From an uncultured delta proteobacterium (GTDB taxonomy: Bacteria; Myxococcota; UBA727; VGSZ01): a stretch of 64,000 nucleotides of DNA. The notes beneath the pieces are model-generated. The model ran no database searches. It was not told the DNA's origin and saw only the letters and a program-made list of their open reading frames with translations. The position numbers and the translations under genes are program-made. The stretch is from the NCBI GenBank assembly GCA_963775425.1, contig CAVZJB010000009.1, positions 128,001-192,000 of the forward strand. The letters run 5' to 3'. This document shows positions 19,273 through 29,453 of the stretch, piece by piece. Positions within the stretch are counted from its first letter, which is position 1, and each line of letters opens with the position of its first letter.

Positions 19273-20115
19273 ATGTCCGCGCCACTCGTGCTCGTCGCCG
19301 CGCTCGCCGCCTCCCCGCACCCGTTGGGCTTCGGCCTCGCGGCCGCCGCGCCGGCGCCGCCGCAAGTGGTCGTCGTGCACGACGGCGCGCTGGCGGAGGC
19401 GCAGGCGGTGACCGCGCACCTGTCAGCGAGCGGGAAGGTGCTCGCCACGCTGCGCGAGGCGCCGCTCGCCGCGAGCTGCGTGCGCACCACGGCGTGCCCC
19501 GAGCGCCCGAAGGCCGACGCCCTCGTCGCGGTCGCCGTGACGGGATCGTCGGTGCACATCGAGCTCGTCGACAACACGGGGGCCACGCGGGCGAGCGAGG
19601 TGGTCGCCGTCGGCGATCCGGCGCTCCTCGACGCCACGCTCGCGCCCGCCCTCGATCGCATCGAGGACGCCGCCGTCGCCGGCGCCACGCCCGACGCGGC
19701 GCCCGCCACGCCGCCGCCCGACGCGCAGAGCCCGTGGGTCCCCTGGGTGCTCGGCACCGGCGTGGTGTGCGGCGGACTCTGTCTGCTCGGCGCCGCCGCC
19801 GGCGTGGTCTACGCGATGATCGCCTCGGCCCAGGCTGCCGGTGACGCCGCGGGTAACGCGTGCGGCGACGCGCTCACCAACGCCTGCACCGCACCCTTCA
19901 ACGCCCTCGGCGACGCCTGCGCCAGCGTCGCCGACATCGGCAACGCCTGCAGCGGCCTCGGCGACTCTTGCAGCAGCGCGGGCGACGCCTGCAGCGGCGT
20001 CGGCGACATCGGCGCGTGCGCGGTGATGCCGAACGCGCCCGCCGAGCCCGGCGACCCGCGCCCCGTCATGTCCGCGGCGCCGTCAACGGGCCGCGCGAGC
20101 GCGATGCGCTACTAG
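19273..20115 (+). CDS. Exported single-pass protein with Cys-repeat C-terminal region
   Basis: Signal-like N-terminus, TM (WVPWVLGTGVVCGGLCLLG), repeated G[ND][AS]C motifs, ends AMRY. Confidence 0.7.
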   Translation: MSAPLVLVAALAASPHPLGFGLAAAAPAPPQVVVVHDGALAEAQAVTAHLSASGKVLATLREAPLAASCVRTTACPERPKADALVAVAVTGSSVHIELVDNTGATRASEVVAVGDPALLDATLAPALDRIEDAAVAGATPDAAPATPPPDAQSPWVPWVLGTGVVCGGLCLLGAAAGVVYAMIASAQAAGDAAGNACGDALTNACTAPFNALGDACASVADIGNACSGLGDSCSSAGDACSGVGDIGACAVMPNAPAEPGDPRPVMSAAPSTGRASAMRY

Positions 20116-20467
20116 AACGCCGAACAGGTTGAAACCAGCGTCACGACGCCATCACGGCACGCTGCGCCGCTTGGAGGTTCTGCAGCGCGGCGGTCCGGCG
20201 TAGCGCGAAGGCGTTCTTGCGACTCCCGCGGTAGCGCGCTCGTGGGCGCCTGCGTGCAGCGACGTGGGTGAGATGGTGCTCGACGCGGGCGCGGCGTCGA
20301 AGGCGCATGCGGCGAGGTGCTGTGCAAGCCCTGGCCAACACAGAGGGCGAAGGGACTGTTCACCAAGGCCGACTTTCGCATCGACCATGGACGGGCAGCG
20401 CGTGCGACTCGCGCTCGCCGGCCACGCTCAGCCGCGTTCCACCGCTCGCGGCAACCTGATCGGTGTT
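20116..20467. mobile_element. Internally deleted IS (IS1182-like) remnant / MITE with terminal inverted repeats
   Basis: aacgccgaacaggttg (20116-20131) vs revcomp of 20452-20467 aacaccgatcaggttg, 14/16 match; internal GEVLCKPW..LFTKADFRID transposase-like peptide at 20311-20385. Confidence 0.6.
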
Positions 20468-21542
20468 AGTGCCAGGTGCCCGCGAGCGCGTCGGGGACCT
20501 GCAGCGCGTACGCGTCTTCGAACACGCCGAGGTTCGCGTCGGTGCCGAAGGCGAGCGCGCCGGCGCTGCCCGGCGGACCGCGCCAGTTGTACGTGAAGCC
20601 GCGGGCCTCGGGGCGCTCGCCGTCGACGGGGACCTGCGCCCACGCGCCGGTGTCGAACGTAAACGACCAGAGGTCGCCGAGCACGTGGCTGCCGTTGCCC
20701 GAGTCGGAGCCGAAGCCGTACAGCAGCATCGACTCGTCGGGGGCGAGCGACGTCCACGGGTAGCGGCGGCCCTGCGGCACGTCCGTCGACGTCGTCGCGA
20801 TCTGCGACCAGGTCTCGTCGGCGGGATCGAAGCGCCAGAGGTCCGAGAAGAAGATCGGGCCGAACGCGCCGAGGCCCATGCCGCCGACGAGGAGCACCGT
20901 GCCGTCGTCGAAGATGTGGATGCCGGCGTCGTAGCGCGCGGGCGGGCCGTCGATGGACAGCTCCGTGAGCGTGTGCGCCGCCGGGTCATAGCGCCAGGTC
21001 TTGCCGGTGAACCCCGAAGACGAATCGAGGCCGCCGAACACGTATCCCTTGTCCGCCGACGGCGAGAAGAACGCCTGGCAGCCCACGGGGTGGTCGGCGG
21101 CGCCGTTGGCGTCGATGGCGACGTGCTCGAGCGTCTCGGTGTTGACGATCTCGGCGCTGTTTTCGTCGTTGAACGTCCCGTTCCTGCCGCCCACCACGAG
21201 CAGCTCGTGTCGATTGGGATCGAACATGGCGCAGTTGCAGTAGCGCGGCGTGTCCAGCGTCGTCAGCGGCGTCGCGCGCATGGTCCCGTCCGACGCGTCC
21301 AGCCGGAAGATGTCCTGCGTCACGGTCATGCTCTGATCGACGCCGCCCACGACGAAGTCGCCGACGGCGGCTGCGCCCCAGCGGGCGTCGACGCCGTCGG
21401 TCTCGATGGGCGCGAACGAGAAGGTCGTCCGCTTCGGAGCGTTGTCGTCGGGCGGCGGCGCGGCGCCGGGGCCGACGCAGGCTCCCCCGAACGGCAGGGC
21501 GAAGGCGAGGGCGAGGGCGGGGCGCAGAGGGAGGAGACGCAT
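20466..21542 (-). CDS. Kelch-repeat lipoprotein
   Basis: Lipobox FGGA-C; repeated GG..W.YD blades (YVFGG..TWRYDP, LLVGG..LWRFDP). Confidence 0.85.
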   Translation of the reverse strand: MRLLPLRPALALAFALPFGGACVGPGAAPPPDDNAPKRTTFSFAPIETDGVDARWGAAAVGDFVVGGVDQSMTVTQDIFRLDASDGTMRATPLTTLDTPRYCNCAMFDPNRHELLVVGGRNGTFNDENSAEIVNTETLEHVAIDANGAADHPVGCQAFFSPSADKGYVFGGLDSSSGFTGKTWRYDPAAHTLTELSIDGPPARYDAGIHIFDDGTVLLVGGMGLGAFGPIFFSDLWRFDPADETWSQIATTSTDVPQGRRYPWTSLAPDESMLLYGFGSDSGNGSHVLGDLWSFTFDTGAWAQVPVDGERPEARGFTYNWRGPPGSAGALAFGTDANLGVFEDAYALQVPDALAGTWH

Positions 21543-21629
21543 GGCGTGTGCGCTCTCAGCAGGCGGCGTGCCAAACGAGGTGATCGCCCGGCGCACACCT
21601 CGGGCCTGGCGGCGCGTCCGCCGCCGCTG

Positions 21630-22538
21630 TCACGAGGGCGCGAGGAACGCGAGCGTCTCGCGCACGAGGATCTCGGGCGCGTCGTGCTGCACCCAGTGCG
21701 AGCACTGCGGGATGCGCACGGTGCGCACCGACGTGACGACGCGGTCGAGGCCGTCGAGGTTCTCCGGAGGCAGCGCGCTGTCGTCGAGGCCCCACACCAC
21801 GAGCGTGGGCCGTTCGACGACGCCGCCGCGGTGGCGCCCGCCCTTGAGGCCGCGCAGGCCCTCGGCGACGGCGGCACGGCCGGCGGCGCGGTAGTAGTTG
21901 AGGCCCGCGGTGAGCGCCCCCGGCTTCTTGATCGCGCGGACGTAGAGCTCGACGTCCTCGTCGGTGAACGCGCCCTCGCGCCGCGGCTGGTACTTGAGGA
22001 TGTTCTTCAGCGGGCGGAAGTCGTCCGACGACACCAGGCGCTCGGCGACGAACGGCACCTGGAACACGAACATGTAGTAGCTCGCCTTGAGCTGATCGAA
22101 GTGGCGCAGCCGCTTCTTGAACAGCCCCGGGTGCGGGGCGTTGACGATGACGAGCTTGTCGAGGACGTCGTCGTGGCGGAGCGCGAGCTGCCACGCGACC
22201 ACGCCGCCCCAGTCGTGGCCGACGACGTGGGCTCGCTCGTGGCCGAGGGCGCGGATGAGCGCGTGCACGTCGGTGGCGACGCGGTCGACGGCGTAGTCGT
22301 CGACGTGCGGCGGCTTCTCGGAGTCGCCGAAGCCGCGCAGGTCGGGGACGGCCACGGTGAAGCCCGCGTCCCGGAGCGGACCCATGACGTGCCGCCACGT
22401 CACCCACGACTCCGGCCAGCCGTGCAGGAGCACCACCAGCGGGCCGCTCCCGCCGAGGACGACGTGGAGGGCGACGCCGTTCACGGTGACGCGAACGTGA
22501 TCGAAGCCGCGCGTGTCGTCGGCGACGGTGCTGGCCAT
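21630..22538 (-). CDS. Epoxide hydrolase-like alpha/beta hydrolase
   Basis: LLHGWPE, PDLRGFGDS, GHDWGG, NYYRA, SHWVQ. Confidence 0.9.
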   Translation of the reverse strand: MASTVADDTRGFDHVRVTVNGVALHVVLGGSGPLVVLLHGWPESWVTWRHVMGPLRDAGFTVAVPDLRGFGDSEKPPHVDDYAVDRVATDVHALIRALGHERAHVVGHDWGGVVAWQLALRHDDVLDKLVIVNAPHPGLFKKRLRHFDQLKASYYMFVFQVPFVAERLVSSDDFRPLKNILKYQPRREGAFTDEDVELYVRAIKKPGALTAGLNYYRAAGRAAVAEGLRGLKGGRHRGGVVERPTLVVWGLDDSALPPENLDGLDRVVTSVRTVRIPQCSHWVQHDAPEILVRETLAFLAPS

Positions 22539-23563
22539 CACCACACCATGTACGCGGAGCCCCAGGTGAAGCCGGAGCCGAAGGCGACGAGCGCCACCTT
22601 CATGCCCCGCTGCAAGCGGCCGTCGCGCTCGAGCTCTGCGAGCAGGATGGGGATGGTGGCTGCGGTGGTGTTTCCGTACTTCTGGATGTTGCTCGGCACC
22701 TTCTCCGGGGAGAGGCCGAGCTGATCGCGCACGTACTCGTTGATGCGCATGTTGGCCTGGTGGCAGACGACGAGGTCAAGGTCGTCTGCCTCGAGCCCGT
22801 TTTCCATGCACATGCCCATGAGCGACATGATCATCTTCTCGACGGCGTTCTTGAACACCGTCTTTCCGTCCATCTGACAAAACAGCATGTCCTTGGTGAC
22901 GATGCCGCGGCCCTCGGCGTCCTTGGGGATGAACGGGGTGTTCCTGTTGTTCCACACGCGCTGCGAGAGCGCGTCGGCGAAGCGGCCGTCGGCGCCGAGG
23001 TTCATCCAGCGGATGCCGCGCCCCGACTCCATGAAGGCCGGCTCGTCGCTCCCCCGCAGGACGACGGCGCCGGCGCCGTCGCCGAAGAGACAGGCGACAG
23101 TGCGGCCCTCGGTGGTGAAGTCGAGCGCCGAGGTGTGCTTCTCGCCGCCGACGACGAGGACGTTTTTGGCCATGCCCGTCTCGACGATGCCGCGGGCGCA
23201 GGCGAGCGCGTAGAGGAAGCCGGAGCACTGGTTCCTGACGTCGAGGGCGGGGATGCCCACGAGGCCGAGCTTGGCCTGCAGGTAGCAGCCGGCGCCGGGG
23301 AAGGCGTGCTCCGGCGACAGCGTCGCGAAGACGATGAAGTCGATGTCGGAGACCTCGAGCCCGGCGCGCTCGATGGCGTCCTTGCACGCGGGCAACGCGA
23401 GGTCCGAGGGCCCCTCGCCGTCCTCGGAGAACCGGCGGGCCTCAATGCCGGTGCGCTGGACGATCCACTCGTTGTTGGTGTCGATGCCCAGGTCGATGAG
23501 GTCCTGGTTGGTCATGACCTTGGGCGGGACATGAAACCCGGTGCCGGCGATGTAAGCGCGCAT
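22538..23563 (-). CDS. fabH: 3-oxoacyl-ACP synthase III
   Basis: WIVQRTGI..RR, NQCSGF catalytic Cys, FGDGAGA, HQAN, GNTTAA, FGSGFTWG. Confidence 0.92.
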   Translation of the reverse strand: MRAYIAGTGFHVPPKVMTNQDLIDLGIDTNNEWIVQRTGIEARRFSEDGEGPSDLALPACKDAIERAGLEVSDIDFIVFATLSPEHAFPGAGCYLQAKLGLVGIPALDVRNQCSGFLYALACARGIVETGMAKNVLVVGGEKHTSALDFTTEGRTVACLFGDGAGAVVLRGSDEPAFMESGRGIRWMNLGADGRFADALSQRVWNNRNTPFIPKDAEGRGIVTKDMLFCQMDGKTVFKNAVEKMIMSLMGMCMENGLEADDLDLVVCHQANMRINEYVRDQLGLSPEKVPSNIQKYGNTTAATIPILLAELERDGRLQRGMKVALVAFGSGFTWGSAYMVW

Positions 23564-23652
23564 GTGCGGGAACGTACCGGCGGCCCGGTGAAAGGCAACC
23601 CGGGCGTGCGGCCCGCCGTCGACACACGGCGGACCAAAGCGAGGCGTTCAGC

Positions 23653-23958
23653 CTACCAGGAGGCCTTGGTGACGCCGGGGAGCAGGCCGGCGAGCGCCAT
23701 CTTGCGGAAGGTGATGCGGTTCAGGCCGAACTTGCGGTAGTTGCCGCGGGGCGCGCCCGTGGCGGTGCAGCGACGCCGGCCGTGCGACGGCGAGCCGTAC
23801 CGCGGCATCTTGGTGAGGGCGAACATCGCCTCGCGCTTGTCTTCCTCGGAGAGGCTCGGATCGATGATCTTCGCCTTGAGCTCCGTGCGCTTTGCCTTGT
23901 GGCGCTTGGCGGTCTCCGCCTTGCGCTTCTCTTTGGCCACCGTCGACGTCTTCGCCAT
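23653..23958 (-). CDS. rpsN: 30S ribosomal protein S14, long zinc-independent form, outside the spc operon
   Basis: MAK.S..AKE..R.., [34 protein letters not shown]; only one Cys. Confidence 0.95.
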   Translation of the reverse strand: MAKTSTVAKEKRKAETAKRHKAKRTELKAKIIDPSLSEEDKREAMFALTKMPRYGSPSHGRRRCTATGAPRGNYRKFGLNRITFRKMALAGLLPGVTKASW

Positions 23959-24079
23959 CGTTCCCTCGGATCCCTTGCCGCCACTCGGCGGGAACCGGTC
24001 ATGTAGGGCACGCCGGAGCCGCTGGCAAGCCCTCTCGGCGCGGTTGACGCCCGCGGGCCAAGGGGAGATTCAGCCGGCC

Positions 24080-25682
<1,603 letters not shown>

Positions 25683-25711
<29 letters not shown>

Positions 25712-25951
25712 GGATCGCGGCGGCGCGCTTCATCAAGACGGCGCGCGGGAAGAGGCGCTTGAGGTCGTGGGCGAGCTCGTCGCGTGCGCGCGCCGGATCG
25801 CTCTTGTCCTCGAGCTCCGCGCGCAGCACCAGCGCGTGCAGCACGTAGCCACGGCCGGAGCACCTTGAGCGCCACCTCGCGCCCGAGGGACGCGGTAGCG
25901 GCCGGCGAGCACCGAGCCCGGGAGCGGTTCGTCCGTCACGGCCGGCAGCAT
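25683..25951 (-). pseudogene. Collapsed Ser/Thr protein kinase remnant (three short pieces in different frames)
   Basis: LPGSVLAGRYRV, then in another frame SLGREVALKVLRP (subdomain II), then a helical C-terminal piece YVLHALVLRAELED.. Confidence 0.55.
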
Positions 25952-25987
25952 AGCCGCGCCTCCGCCCGTCGACGACAGCGGGGCCCG

Positions 25988-26590
25988 CTACGTCTCGTCG
26001 GCGCCGATGACGAAGCGTGACGTCGAGGCGCCCTGGGGCGTGAGCGGCGCCTCGCGGCTGCCGGCGCGCACGAGCGCCGGCAGGTGCTCGACGAACGCGC
26101 GCGTGGCCGCGTCGCTCTTCGACGACGTCAGCGCCAGGTGGCGGCGGACGGGGACGAGCACGTCGTCGGCGAAGCTCCTGCAGAGGGAGCGGAACAGCGG
26201 GCTCGACGTCGCCACGGGGTAGGCCAGCTCGCGCACCACGGCGGGCCCCGGGTGCTTGCCGGCGCCGCAGATCTGCACGAGGAAGCCGGCGTCGCGGGCG
26301 GCGGCGGCGAAGCCCTCGGGGTCGCTGGTGGGCGGCGTCCACGCCGACAGCGCGGTGGCCACGAGCTTCTTCAGCAGGTCGCGGCAGGTCTGCGGGTCGG
26401 GCGCGGACACGAGCGTGTCGCGCATCGCCGTGAAGCAGTCGGCGGCGCGCGCGGGCTCGTTGCGCACGCGCAGCACGGCCTCCGCGAGGGCCTCGTCGAG
26501 GACGCTCCGGGGCTCCACCGGGCGCGTGTCGACGAGCGCGGGATCGGTGTCCTCGACGGTCGTGCCCGGAGGCGGGGCGTTCGGGTCCAT
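25988..26590 (-). CDS. Hypothetical helical protein
   Basis: GGGAG RBS before ATG, 200-aa ORF with typical codon bias. Confidence 0.65.
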   Translation of the reverse strand: MDPNAPPPGTTVEDTDPALVDTRPVEPRSVLDEALAEAVLRVRNEPARAADCFTAMRDTLVSAPDPQTCRDLLKKLVATALSAWTPPTSDPEGFAAAARDAGFLVQICGAGKHPGPAVVRELAYPVATSSPLFRSLCRSFADDVLVPVRRHLALTSSKSDAATRAFVEHLPALVRAGSREAPLTPQGASTSRFVIGADET

Positions 26591-26665
26591 CTCCCTGTTG
26601 TACACGGCCGGCGCCGGGCGACGAAGCGCCCCCGGGCTCGACCGCTCGTGCGTCCCTGGCCGCGT

Positions 26666-26762
26666 GCGTGCGCCACGAGGGGGCGTCCCACGCGAGGGCA
26701 CAGACCCGTGGTCCCGTGCGGCCTGTGCGTGAAGACGTGGGGCGCACCCTCGTGGCGCACGC
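26666..26762. repeat. Long intergenic inverted repeat (~97-nt hairpin)
   Basis: gcgtgcgccacgaggg (26666-26681) is perfectly complementary to 26747-26762; inner cccacg/cgtggg and gcacag/ctgtgc arms. Confidence 0.8.
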
Positions 26763-26768
26763 GTTCCG

Positions 26769-28061
26769 TCAGCCGAAGGGGCCGCCGCCGCTGCCGTTGC
26801 CGCCGCCGCCGCCGCTCCCGTTGCCGCCGCCGCTCCCGTTGCCGCCGCCGTCGCCGCCGTCGCCGCCGTCACCGGTGCCGCTGTCGCCGAGGCCGCAGTC
26901 GTCGCCCGCGCCGTCGCCGGCGTGCTCGTCGTAGCCGACGTGGATGACGCCGGCCTCCTTGACCTCCTTGACGAGCACCGCACCGGCCACGTCGAGGGGG
27001 CCGGCGGCGATGAGGCGGGCGTTCGGCGCCCACAGCTCGCCTTGGAAGTCGAGGTCGCCGGCGAGCAGGATGTCGTCGCTGCCCGCGACGTACGTGCGCA
27101 CGCTCGACGGCGGGGCGCCGTCCTCGCCGAAGTCGAAGTCGCCCGACGCATGCAGCGAGCCGCCGACGAACACGTCGAGCGCCGCGGTGGGGTCCGCGGT
27201 CCTGTCGACGTGGATCTCGATGACGCTCACGCTGTCGAGGTCGCCGTCGATGTACAGCGCCGTCGGCCCGCTCACGTGGATGTCGAGGGGCGCGATGGCG
27301 CGCACGCGGTCCACGAAGTAGCGGCCCGGCGGCAGCACGAGATCCTTCGGGGCGACGAGATTGGTGAGGCCGTCGGGGTGCAGGCCGATGGCGTCGTCGT
27401 CGTTGTGCTCGCGGGCGTCGGCGATGAACGACGGCACGTCGAGCGCGCCCGCGACGTCGCACGGGCAGGGCGGGTCCACGGCCACGGGCTCGTTCACGGC
27501 GGCGCTCGACGAGACCCCGAGGCCCACCGCGCTGTCTGCCGGCGCGTGGAGCGTGCCGTCGATGTCGATGATGAAGCCGCCGATGTCGCCGCCGACGAAG
27601 GCGTCGCCGGCGACGTCGATGTCGCCGGCGGCCGTGACGTCGGCGCCGGCTCTCAGGTCGCCGGCGATCTCGTGGTGGCCGATGGGCAGGGCGCTGCCGG
27701 CGACGACGAGATCGCCGCCGATGTCGCTGTCGCCGGTCGACGTGAAGGAGCCGTTGGTGCCCACGGCCGCGCCACCGCCGTCGAGGCCGTCGATGCGCAG
27801 AACCGTCGAAAACGAGATGTCCTCGCACGTGCACAGGCCGTAGCCGAACGTCGTGGCGGAGAGATCAGCGCCGCACACCGGCGCGCCGCTCTGGGCGATG
27901 CCGACGACGCCGGACGGCGCGGCGCCGAGGTCGTGCGGCAGCGGCCGCCCTCGATGCGCCGTCGATCCGCCCTGCGGCGCGGGCGCGCAGGCGAGCGCGA
28001 GCCCGGCGATCGCGGCCGCGGTGAAGATGCGTGGGCGGGAGAGACACGGGGCGTCGGTCAT
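26769..28061 (-). CDS. Acidic beta-solenoid-like lipoprotein with Gly-rich tail
   Basis: Lipobox LALA-C, CTC, repeated IGGDL/IAGDL/VAGDA, DPPCPC, LPPGRYFV, LWAPNA; GGNGSGGG tail. Confidence 0.75.
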   Translation of the reverse strand: MTDAPCLSRPRIFTAAAIAGLALACAPAPQGGSTAHRGRPLPHDLGAAPSGVVGIAQSGAPVCGADLSATTFGYGLCTCEDISFSTVLRIDGLDGGGAAVGTNGSFTSTGDSDIGGDLVVAGSALPIGHHEIAGDLRAGADVTAAGDIDVAGDAFVGGDIGGFIIDIDGTLHAPADSAVGLGVSSSAAVNEPVAVDPPCPCDVAGALDVPSFIADAREHNDDDAIGLHPDGLTNLVAPKDLVLPPGRYFVDRVRAIAPLDIHVSGPTALYIDGDLDSVSVIEIHVDRTADPTAALDVFVGGSLHASGDFDFGEDGAPPSSVRTYVAGSDDILLAGDLDFQGELWAPNARLIAAGPLDVAGAVLVKEVKEAGVIHVGYDEHAGDGAGDDCGLGDSGTGDGGDGGDGGGNGSGGGNGSGGGGGNGSGGGPFG

Positions 28062-28122
28062 GCATCACCTCGAAGCCGATCCGGTCACATCTGACCGAAA
28101 GCGGCGATCGGGCCGGCGACCC

Positions 28123-28818
28123 TCAGCCCGGCGTCGCAGCCGTCGGGCCTTCGGCGGAGAACGCGAAGACCTTGGCGGGCCGCCGCGCCGTCACCCGCTT
28201 CCCCGTCGCCGGCGCCACCACACCCTCGTCGAGGAGCGCCTGGAAGCGGCGGCGGAAGTTGCCCGGGTCCTGGGGCTTGCCGAGGACCGCGGCCCACGCC
28301 GCGCGCAGCTCGGCGAGCGTGAACGTGGCGGGGACGAGGGCGCGGGCGAAGGCGTCGACGTCGTCGCGCAGCCGCTCCAGGCACCGATCCACGATCTGTC
28401 GGTGGTCGAAGGCGAGCGTGAGCTTCGACAGGTCGCCCACGCTCCACCACTGCGTCGACGCCGCGTCGCTCCCCGCGCGCACGAACGCGGCGAGCTCCGG
28501 GCGCACAACGGCGAGGTACGCCACGGAGATCACACGCGCGCGGGGGTCGCGGTCGGGCGCGCCGGACACGTGCACCTGGCACAGCGGCAAGGACGCCGTC
28601 GGCGGCAGGTGCGTCTCCTCGAGGAGCTCGCGGCGCGCGGCGTCCTCGAGGTCCTCGCCCTGCTCGTCCTTCGACGGCCCCACGCGCACGAACCCGCCCG
28701 GCAGCGCGAGCGCGAGCGGCGGCAGCCCGCGGCGGATGAGCAGCAGCTTCAAGTCTGCGTCGAGCACCGTGAACGCGGCGACGTCGACGGCGACCAGCGG
28801 CTTCGGGTGCTCGCTCAT
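28123..28818 (-). CDS. NUDIX hydrolase / NrtR-type regulator (NUDIX + wHTH)
   Basis: ALPGGFV..EDLEDAARRELLEET Nudix box, DRDPRARVIS, LAFDHRQI, FTLAEL..NFRRR. Confidence 0.88.
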   Translation of the reverse strand: MSEHPKPLVAVDVAAFTVLDADLKLLLIRRGLPPLALALPGGFVRVGPSKDEQGEDLEDAARRELLEETHLPPTASLPLCQVHVSGAPDRDPRARVISVAYLAVVRPELAAFVRAGSDAASTQWWSVGDLSKLTLAFDHRQIVDRCLERLRDDVDAFARALVPATFTLAELRAAWAAVLGKPQDPGNFRRRFQALLDEGVVAPATGKRVTARRPAKVFAFSAEGPTAATPG

Positions 28819-29294
28819 GGCGCCTCGCCCGCTTCGAGGGGGGCATCGTCGCTGCGCGCGTCGCCGTCGTGGCGCGCGCGCGTCGCCAGCCAAGCCGGGA
28901 ACACGAGGGAGGGCAGCGCGAGGAGGTCGGTCGGGTCGACGACGAAGCTCACGCGCGCGAGCGCCGGCACCGCGCGGCCCGCGATCGCGGCGGCGACGGC
29001 GCGCACCGGCCACTGCAGCGCCGAGATGCCGGCGCGATACAGCTCCGCCGCCGGCGCCCACGTCTTCGCCAGCGCGAAGAAGCACCCCGTGACGACGACG
29101 CACGCCAGGCGCGCGCGCGTTGACAGGCGCCGGCGCGCGAGCACCTCGACGAGCGACCACAGGAGCACCGGGAAGAACACGAGGCCGGCGGCGTCCGAGA
29201 GCTTGCCGGTGACCGTGCCCGGGAACGCGGCCTTGAGCACGTGGTCGTTCACGAGGAGCAGCGCGAGCGCGGCGAGGACCGCGGGGTGGAGCAT
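28815..29294 (-). CDS. Conserved small membrane protein
   Basis: LLLVNDHVLK..PG.VTGKLSD.AGL, DPTDLLALP motifs. Confidence 0.75.
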   Translation of the reverse strand: MLHPAVLAALALLLVNDHVLKAAFPGTVTGKLSDAAGLVFFPVLLWSLVEVLARRRLSTRARLACVVVTGCFFALAKTWAPAAELYRAGISALQWPVRAVAAAIAGRAVPALARVSFVVDPTDLLALPSLVFPAWLATRARHDGDARSDDAPLEAGEAP

Positions 29295-29453
29295 GGTGGC
29301 ACCCGGTGACGCGCGCACGCCGCGCAACATAGCGCGCCGGGAGCGCCCGGCGACCGGGAGCGTGCGACCGGGCCGCGCGCGCGACGACGACGGCGGCGGC
29401 GGGGGCGCGCCGCCGCCGATGTGCCGCTGCCGATGTGCCGCTACACTCCGTCG

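Noticed and set aside
19840-20030. Cys-repeat segment as a RiPP precursor core
   Set aside because: It is part of a 280-aa membrane protein and no radical SAM, YcaO or lanthipeptide enzyme is nearby
28123-28818. NrtR regulon or NAD-related defence system
   Set aside because: No NAD salvage, ADP-ribose or toxin genes are adjacent and no operator palindrome was identified
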